Positions 58,224 to 64,000 of a stretch of DNA of 64,000 nt are shown here, one piece after another (position 1 is the stretch's first letter; every line of letters begins with the position of its first letter). Below the pieces are notes generated by a model. That model was not told the DNA's origin, ran no database searches, and saw only the letters and a program-made list of their open reading frames with translations. This stretch comes from Desulfobacteraceae bacterium (GTDB taxonomy: Bacteria > Desulfobacterota > Desulfobacteria > Desulfobacterales > Desulfosalsimonadaceae): assembly GCA_021737045.1 (NCBI GenBank), contig JAIPES010000002.1, forward strand, positions 4,641-68,640, in the 5' to 3' direction. The position numbers were made by a program, and so were the translations under genes.

Positions 58224-58913
58224 GTGGAACATCCATACCTATTTTTCGTAAAGCTGTTTGAGCTGATCGGTTTGGGGCATTTTGCGCATGAATATCCCCA
58301 TGTGGTATACAGCTGGGCTGTAATGGTGCTGCTGATCATCGTCGGCGCTCTTGGAGCTAAGCATATCAGCATGATACCGGGCAAGGTCCAGAATGTATTT
58401 GAAATGATTATTTCCAGCCTTGAGGAATTCACCGTTAGTATGGCCGGTGAAGAAGGGCGCCGGTTCTTCCCGTTTGTGGCAACCATTTTTCTCTACATCT
58501 TCTTTGCCAACCTTGCCGGCCTTGTACCGGGATGTTTTTCCCCAACTGCTGATCTGAACACCACCCTGTCGTGCGCCATACCGGTATTTTTCTTTACCCA
58601 CTATGTTGGAATCAAAATGCACGGCGTTCATTACATCAAGCATTTCCTCGGCCCTGTCTGGTGGATGATTCCAATTATCCTGCCCATTGAGATCATAGGT
58701 CATCTTGCGCGTGTTTTATCCCTATCTTTCCGGCTGTTTGGAAACATAATGGGAAAAGAACTTGTGCTCGGTATCCTTTTTATGTTAGCAGGTGCCTTTT
58801 TTGCGCCCCTGCCCATAATGGCCTTGGGAGTGTTTGTCTCTTTTGTGCAGGCCTTTATCTTCTATCTGCTGGCGGTTATGTATTTCACTCTGGCCATGGA
58901 CGAGGCCCATTAA
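58224..58913 (+). CDS. atpB: F0 ATP synthase subunit a
   Basis: Motifs N..GL.P, SPTAD.N, SLSFRLFGN and QAFIF..L..MY. Confidence 0.95.
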   Translation: MEHPYLFFVKLFELIGLGHFAHEYPHVVYSWAVMVLLIIVGALGAKHISMIPGKVQNVFEMIISSLEEFTVSMAGEEGRRFFPFVATIFLYIFFANLAGLVPGCFSPTADLNTTLSCAIPVFFFTHYVGIKMHGVHYIKHFLGPVWWMIPIILPIEIIGHLARVLSLSFRLFGNIMGKELVLGILFMLAGAFFAPLPIMALGVFVSFVQAFIFYLLAVMYFTLAMDEAH

Positions 58914-58994
58914 AAAAAATATTATTATGCGGGGTTATATATACGGTTTTTGGAAGAAGCCGCAACATCAACTTATATCAAGGGAGGTTTGTAA

Positions 58995-59276
58995 ATGGAA
59001 ATTGAAGCTCTAAAGTTTTTTACCGCTTGTGTAACAGTAGCCGGTTTTGCCATCGCGATTGCGGCATTCGGCTGCGGCATCGCCCAGGGTATCGGTCTGA
59101 GATCCGCAGTGGAGGGCATCGCGCGGAACCCAGAATCCTCTGGTAAAGTTACCGTAACCCTTCTTATTGGTCTGGCACTTATCGAATCCCTTTGTATTTA
59201 TGCATTGGTGGTGTCACTGATCATTATTTATGCAACCCCCATGGCAGGTACCGTTACCAAGCTGCTGGGCGCATAA
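58995..59276 (+). CDS. atpE: F0 ATP synthase subunit c
   Basis: Motifs G.GIAQG, ARNPE and LALIES..IY. Confidence 0.95.
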   Translation: MEIEALKFFTACVTVAGFAIAIAAFGCGIAQGIGLRSAVEGIARNPESSGKVTVTLLIGLALIESLCIYALVVSLIIIYATPMAGTVTKLLGA

Positions 59277-59295
59277 ACCCCTGACCCTGTTTGGA

Positions 59296-59345
59296 ATACA
59301 AAAGGCCTTTTACCCGGCAATTGCTTGGTAAAAGGCCTTTTGTAT
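59296..59345. terminator. Bidirectional intrinsic terminator between atpE and uvrA
   Basis: Perfect 19-bp inverted repeat ATACAAAAGGCCTTTTACC between convergent genes. Confidence 0.8.
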
Positions 59346-59361
59346 CAAAACCCAAAAAAAT

Positions 59362-62190
59362 TTACAGCACCTGCCGCAAAAACACACCGGTATGAGAATC
59401 GGAAACAATTGCAACAACTTCGGGCGTACCCTCTGCAATCACAAATCCCCCTGCATCTCCGCCCTCGGGGCCCAGGTCAATGATGTGATCGGCATACCGG
59501 ATCACATCCAGGTTGTGCTCGATGACCACAACCGTGTTACCCGCCTCCACCAGCTGGTTTAACACGCCCAGCAGCTTTTTGATATCCTCCATGTGAAGCC
59601 CGGTGGTGGGCTCGTCGAGAATGTAGAAGGTACGGCCGGTATCCCTGCGGGCCAGTTCCCGGGAAAGTTTCACACGCTGGGCCTCCCCGCCGGAAAGAGT
59701 TGTGGCCGGCTGGCCCAGGCGGATATAGCCCAGGCCCACATCCACAAGAGTCTGGAGCCTGGATCGGATATGACCGATACTGGAGAAAAAGGCCATGGCC
59801 TGATTGACTGTCATATCCAGCACTTCTGCAATATTGAGTCCCTTGTACTTGACTTCCAGGGTCTCGCGGTTGTAACGCCGGCCATGGCATATATCACAGG
59901 GCACGAAAATATCTGGCAAAAAATGCATCTCGATCTTTATGATGCCGTCTCCGCTGCAGGCCTCACACCGGCCGCCCTTGATGTTAAAGGAAAACCGTCC
60001 GGCCTTATAGCCCCGCATCCGGGCTTCGGGTGTCTTGGCAAACAGCTCCCGGATAAAGGTAAACACTCCTGTATAGGTCCCCGGGTTGGACCGGGGCGTG
60101 CGGCCGATGGGCGACTGATTGATGTTGATGACCTTATCAATGTGTTCAAAGCCCTCGGCAGACGCATGCTTGCCCGGAGGAATGCCCGAGCGGTGCAGGC
60201 GCCGGGCCAGGATCCGGTACAGGGTTTCGAGCACCAGGGTGGATTTGCCGGATCCGGAAACACCGGTCACACACACAAAACAGCCCAGGGGAAATCGCGC
60301 GTCAATGTCTTTGAGATTGTTCTGCGCTGCCCCGCGGATCACAAAGCCGGCACCCGTGGCCGGGCGCCTGGATTCGGGAGTTTTAATTTGTCTTTTGCCG
60401 GCCAGATACTGACCGGTCAGGGAAGTTTCCGAGGCCTCCAGCTGATCCGGCGGGCCGGCAAACACCAGGTGCCCGCCTTTGACCCCGGCCTCCGGGCCCA
60501 TATCCACCACAAAATCCGCTGATCGGATGGTTTCCTCGTCATGCTCCACCACCAGGACAGTATTGCCCAGATCCCGCATCTGCTTCAGGGTGGCCAGCAG
60601 CCGGAGATTATCGCGCTGGTGCAGGCCAATGCTGGGCTCATCAAGCACGTAAAGCACGCCGGTGAGCTTGGAGCCGATCTGGGTGGCCAGGCGGATACGC
60701 TGGGCCTCTCCACCGGACAGGGTCGCCGCGGCCCGGTCCAGGGTCAGGTAGGACAAGCCGACGTTTTGCAGAAAAGCAAGCCGGTCGGTGATTTCCCGGA
60801 TGATCCGGTCTGCGATTTTCGCATTCTTGCCTTCAAGCTTCAGGTCCCGGAAAAATGCGTATGCCTTCTCAACCGAAAAGCCTGAAATTTCAGGAAGGGT
60901 CACCTGGGCCACGCGCACGGACCGGCTCACCGGGTTTAAGCGCGTGCCCCCGCATTCCGGGCACGGCCTAAAATTCATGTATTGCTTAATCTCTTCTCTG
61001 GCGGCGCTGGAATCGGTCTCCACATACCGGCGCTGCAAATTGGGAATCACCCCTTCAAAGGGGCGGGTAAAATCCATCCTGCGATTTCCCCGGCTCATGG
61101 AAAACGGGATCTCCTCATCACCTGACCCGTAGAGGAGCACATGCCTGAACTGTTCCGGCAGTTCGCGATAGGGCCGGTAAATGTCTGCACCGTAATGGCG
61201 GGTCAGCGCTTCGATGAATTCGGCAAAATGCACGGAGCTGCGATTGGCCCAGGGCCGGATGGCCCCTTCGCGGATGGACAATTCCGGATCAGCCACAACC
61301 AGATCCGGATCAAACTCCATGGTGGTGCCCAACCCGTCACATTTGGGACACGCTCCCTGGGGGGAATTAAAAGAAAAGCTCGCCGGGGTCAACTCGGGAT
61401 AGCTGATGCCGCATTGCATGCAGGCCGCGGTCTCCGAAAACACAATGGGTCCGGCCTCCTTGTCATCCACCGCATCCACTGCAGCGGTTCCCTCGGAGTG
61501 GGACAAAGCCAGCTCCAGGGAATCGGCCAGACGGTTTTTCATGTTATCCTTGACCACCAGCCGGTCCACCACCACCTCAATGGTATGCTTGCGTTTTTGA
61601 TCCAGTTTGGCCAACCCGTCGAGTTCCCGGACCTGCCCGTCAACACGCACCCGGGCAAAGCCTTCCCGCCTGAGCCAGGCCAGCAGTTTTTCATGGGTGC
61701 CTTTCTGACCGGCGACCAGGGGGGCCAGAATCAGAATCCGGGTGCCACTGGCCATGGCCATGACCCGGTCGACCATCTCATCAATGGTCTGAAAGGAAAT
61801 GGGCCGGCCGCATTTGTGGCAGTGAGGGGTGCCCGCCCTGGCAAACAGCAGCCGGAGGTAATCATATATCTCAGTAACCGTACCCACAGTGGAGCGGGGA
61901 TTGTGGCCGCCGCTTTTCTGCTCGATTGCAATGGCCGGCGAAAGCCCTTCGATATGGTCCACATCCGGCTTTTCCATCCGCTCCAGAAACTGCCTGGCGT
62001 AAGTGGACAAAGATTCCACATACCTGCGCTGACCCTCGGCATACAGGGTGTCAAAAGCCAGGGTGGACTTGCCCGAGCCAGACAGCCCGGTAATCACCAC
62101 AAGGCGGTTTCTGGGCAAATCCAGATCAATGTCTTTAAGATTGTGCTGTCGGGCACCCCGAATAATGATGTAATCAGATGAGATGGGCAT
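59362..62190 (-). CDS. uvrA: Excinuclease ABC subunit A
   Basis: Motifs [37 protein letters not shown] (twice) and GVSGSGKS; zinc fingers. Confidence 0.97.
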   Translation of the reverse strand: MPISSDYIIIRGARQHNLKDIDLDLPRNRLVVITGLSGSGKSTLAFDTLYAEGQRRYVESLSTYARQFLERMEKPDVDHIEGLSPAIAIEQKSGGHNPRSTVGTVTEIYDYLRLLFARAGTPHCHKCGRPISFQTIDEMVDRVMAMASGTRILILAPLVAGQKGTHEKLLAWLRREGFARVRVDGQVRELDGLAKLDQKRKHTIEVVVDRLVVKDNMKNRLADSLELALSHSEGTAAVDAVDDKEAGPIVFSETAACMQCGISYPELTPASFSFNSPQGACPKCDGLGTTMEFDPDLVVADPELSIREGAIRPWANRSSVHFAEFIEALTRHYGADIYRPYRELPEQFRHVLLYGSGDEEIPFSMSRGNRRMDFTRPFEGVIPNLQRRYVETDSSAAREEIKQYMNFRPCPECGGTRLNPVSRSVRVAQVTLPEISGFSVEKAYAFFRDLKLEGKNAKIADRIIREITDRLAFLQNVGLSYLTLDRAAATLSGGEAQRIRLATQIGSKLTGVLYVLDEPSIGLHQRDNLRLLATLKQMRDLGNTVLVVEHDEETIRSADFVVDMGPEAGVKGGHLVFAGPPDQLEASETSLTGQYLAGKRQIKTPESRRPATGAGFVIRGAAQNNLKDIDARFPLGCFVCVTGVSGSGKSTLVLETLYRILARRLHRSGIPPGKHASAEGFEHIDKVININQSPIGRTPRSNPGTYTGVFTFIRELFAKTPEARMRGYKAGRFSFNIKGGRCEACSGDGIIKIEMHFLPDIFVPCDICHGRRYNRETLEVKYKGLNIAEVLDMTVNQAMAFFSSIGHIRSRLQTLVDVGLGYIRLGQPATTLSGGEAQRVKLSRELARRDTGRTFYILDEPTTGLHMEDIKKLLGVLNQLVEAGNTVVVIEHNLDVIRYADHIIDLGPEGGDAGGFVIAEGTPEVVAIVSDSHTGVFLRQVL

Positions 62191-62206
62191 GGCTGGCAAG
62201 CTGAGC

Positions 62207-63223
62207 TCAGGCCGGATGCTTGGTTCTGCGGGCATGATCGGCGGCCATTTCAATGGCTGCCATGAGGCTGCCCGGATCGGCAATGCCTTTTCCGGCGATG
62301 TCATAGGCAGTGCCGTGATCCACGGAAGTCCGGATAATGGGCAACCCCAGGGTGGTATTGACCCCGTCGTGGAAATGCACCATCTTAAAAGGGATCAAGC
62401 CCTGGTCATGATACATGCATACAACAGCATCATATGCGCCGTTTACAGCATAATAAAACACCGTATCAGCCGGGTGCGGTCCAGTGGCCAAAATCCCCTG
62501 CGAAACAGCGCCGGCAATGGCCGGCCGGATCAGGCGGGCTTCTTCATGGCCAAACATTTCCTCTTCACCGGCATGGGGATTTAAGCCGCATACGGCAATG
62601 CTGGGCCGGGCAATACCGAACCGGAATTTCAGGGCCTGGTGGGTCAGCCGGATCACGGTGGCAATCCGGTTTTCATCCAGTGCAGCCGGCACTTCCCGCA
62701 GGGCCTTGTGAATGGTGACCAGCACCACCCGAAGACGACTGCCGGCCATCATCATGGCATATTCCCGGGCGGCGGTTCGCTGTGCCAACATCTCGGTATG
62801 ACCGGGATATATCCCCCCGGCCAGCTTCATGGCCGCCTTGTTGATGGGGCATGTGACCAGGGCATCGATCTGACCGCTTTTGGCCATATCAATGCCGGAT
62901 TCAATATAGCCGATCATGGCCCGGCCGGTTTCCGCAGAAGGCTGCCCCCATTTGTGCGCATCCCTGCAAAGCCCGGATGCCGGAATCAGATTGATAACTC
63001 CGGGTTCGTAAACAGCGGTTTGCAAATCCTCCACGGCCCGGATTTTGAGTCCGGTGCGGGCAATGCCTGCAGCCATGTTCATGATCTCAGGATCGCCGAT
63101 CACCACCGGGCGTGCAGAATCATATATTTCCGTGTAATCCAGGGCCATGCAAAGAATTTCCGGCCCCACGCCCACGGGATCACCCATGGTGATACCGATC
63201 AGGGGTCGCTGATCACCTGCCAT
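62207..63223 (-). CDS. pdxA: 4-hydroxythreonine-4-phosphate dehydrogenase
   Basis: Motifs [30 protein letters not shown] and [13 protein letters not shown]. Confidence 0.95.
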   Translation of the reverse strand: MAGDQRPLIGITMGDPVGVGPEILCMALDYTEIYDSARPVVIGDPEIMNMAAGIARTGLKIRAVEDLQTAVYEPGVINLIPASGLCRDAHKWGQPSAETGRAMIGYIESGIDMAKSGQIDALVTCPINKAAMKLAGGIYPGHTEMLAQRTAAREYAMMMAGSRLRVVLVTIHKALREVPAALDENRIATVIRLTHQALKFRFGIARPSIAVCGLNPHAGEEEMFGHEEARLIRPAIAGAVSQGILATGPHPADTVFYYAVNGAYDAVVCMYHDQGLIPFKMVHFHDGVNTTLGLPIIRTSVDHGTAYDIAGKGIADPGSLMAAIEMAADHARRTKHPA

Positions 63224-63328
63224 CCAGACCTCCGGGGTTTTTGAATTGTTTCAGGAATCGAACTGGAAAAAACAATATAACAAAAACCCCGGAGCATCAC
63301 AACAGGCAAAGCCATGGAACCGCTGCAA

Positions 63329-64000
63329 CTAATTGGACCGGGCCCTTGTATGGGCGATCTCGCTATCATCGGCCCGCTGGCGGTTTTGCTCAAACTCCCT
63401 GCGGCGGCGCTCAATGTTTTCAGGCGCCAGGCCGCAATGCTGCATCCACCTGCCAGCCCAGTCCTTGTAGCCTTCCTCCTGCCAGGCCCGGTCCATTACC
63501 TGCTGCACGCCCCTGGCGTATTGGGACATTTCCGGGGCCAGGCGGGTAAACATGACCTCCGCCCCTTCGTGGGTGGGCTTTGCATTGTTTTCCCGAATAA
63601 TGCGCCACATGGTCTGGGGATGATCGATCATTGGACATGGACGCAGGGTGTTGTAGCAAAAGGGCTGCTCTGATCGGATGGAACGAAAAAAAGCGGAATT
63701 GAGCGCCTCTTTGAGGCTTTTTTCATGGATATTGTCTGTTGTAAAATGACAGAAAATGCACGGCTCCACATCGCCTCGGTGATTGACATGGAAATAGAGC
63801 CGTCCGCCGGCAATGCATCCGCCCGACAGCACACCATCATTCCAGAAATCCACCAGCAGCACCGGCTTGCTGTCCCGGACATACTGCTGGAACAACCGCA
63901 TCTGGTTTCGCTGTTCAGGCGTGGGCATCAGGCTCATATCCGGATCATTTCCCACGGGCATAAACAAAAACATCCACCCGTACAAGGCCCCTTTATCTAT
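63329..64000 (-). CDS. Radical SAM/SPASM-domain protein, C-terminal part (5' end outside the window)
   Basis: Motifs DFWNDG, GCIAGGR.Y.H.N..GDVEPC.F and RPCP.IDHP. Confidence 0.8.
   Translation of the reverse strand: MDKGALYGWMFLFMPVGNDPDMSLMPTPEQRNQMRLFQQYVRDSKPVLLVDFWNDGVLSGGCIAGGRLYFHVNHRGDVEPCIFCHFTTDNIHEKSLKEALNSAFFRSIRSEQPFCYNTLRPCPMIDHPQTMWRIIRENNAKPTHEGAEVMFTRLAPEMSQYARGVQQVMDRAWQEEGYKDWAGRWMQHCGLAPENIERRRREFEQNRQRADDSEIAHTRARSN

Overview
A 64-kb bacterial chromosome segment of moderate GC. Gene content (Hdr, Kor, MetF/MetV, a split atpZIBE operon, a sigma-54 activator) points to an anaerobic sulfate reducer of the Desulfobacterales type; this is inference, not a database hit. It holds about 63 protein genes and no recognisable rRNA, tRNA, CRISPR array or transposase. 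Main points: (1) An operon at 16567-26077 puts a degenerate MetF, a Mo-site-less FdhA/NuoG-like subunit, NuoE, a NuoF-GltD/NfnB fusion, MetV and an intact MetF behind an Xis-type HTH response regulator whose promoter carries 9-bp phased repeats. It is a candidate flavin-based electron-bifurcating methylene-THF reductase/transhydrogenase complex. (2) A minus-strand hdr operon encodes a selenocysteine-containing double HdrA (in-frame TGA plus SECIS hairpin, missed by the ORF track), HdrB and a membrane di-heme-b/4x[4Fe-4S] subunit with a CxxCH heme-c motif, but no MvhD or Flx. (3) A family of non-coding elements with terminal inverted repeats shows target-site duplications, nested cargo hairpins and compensatory base changes between copies. 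The rest is housekeeping or metabolic: cobalamin genes, an NSS transporter, korDABC, polX, yicC-remA-gmk-rlmB-icd, katA, zupT, acyl-CoA synthetases, ettA, atpZIBE, uvrA and pdxA.
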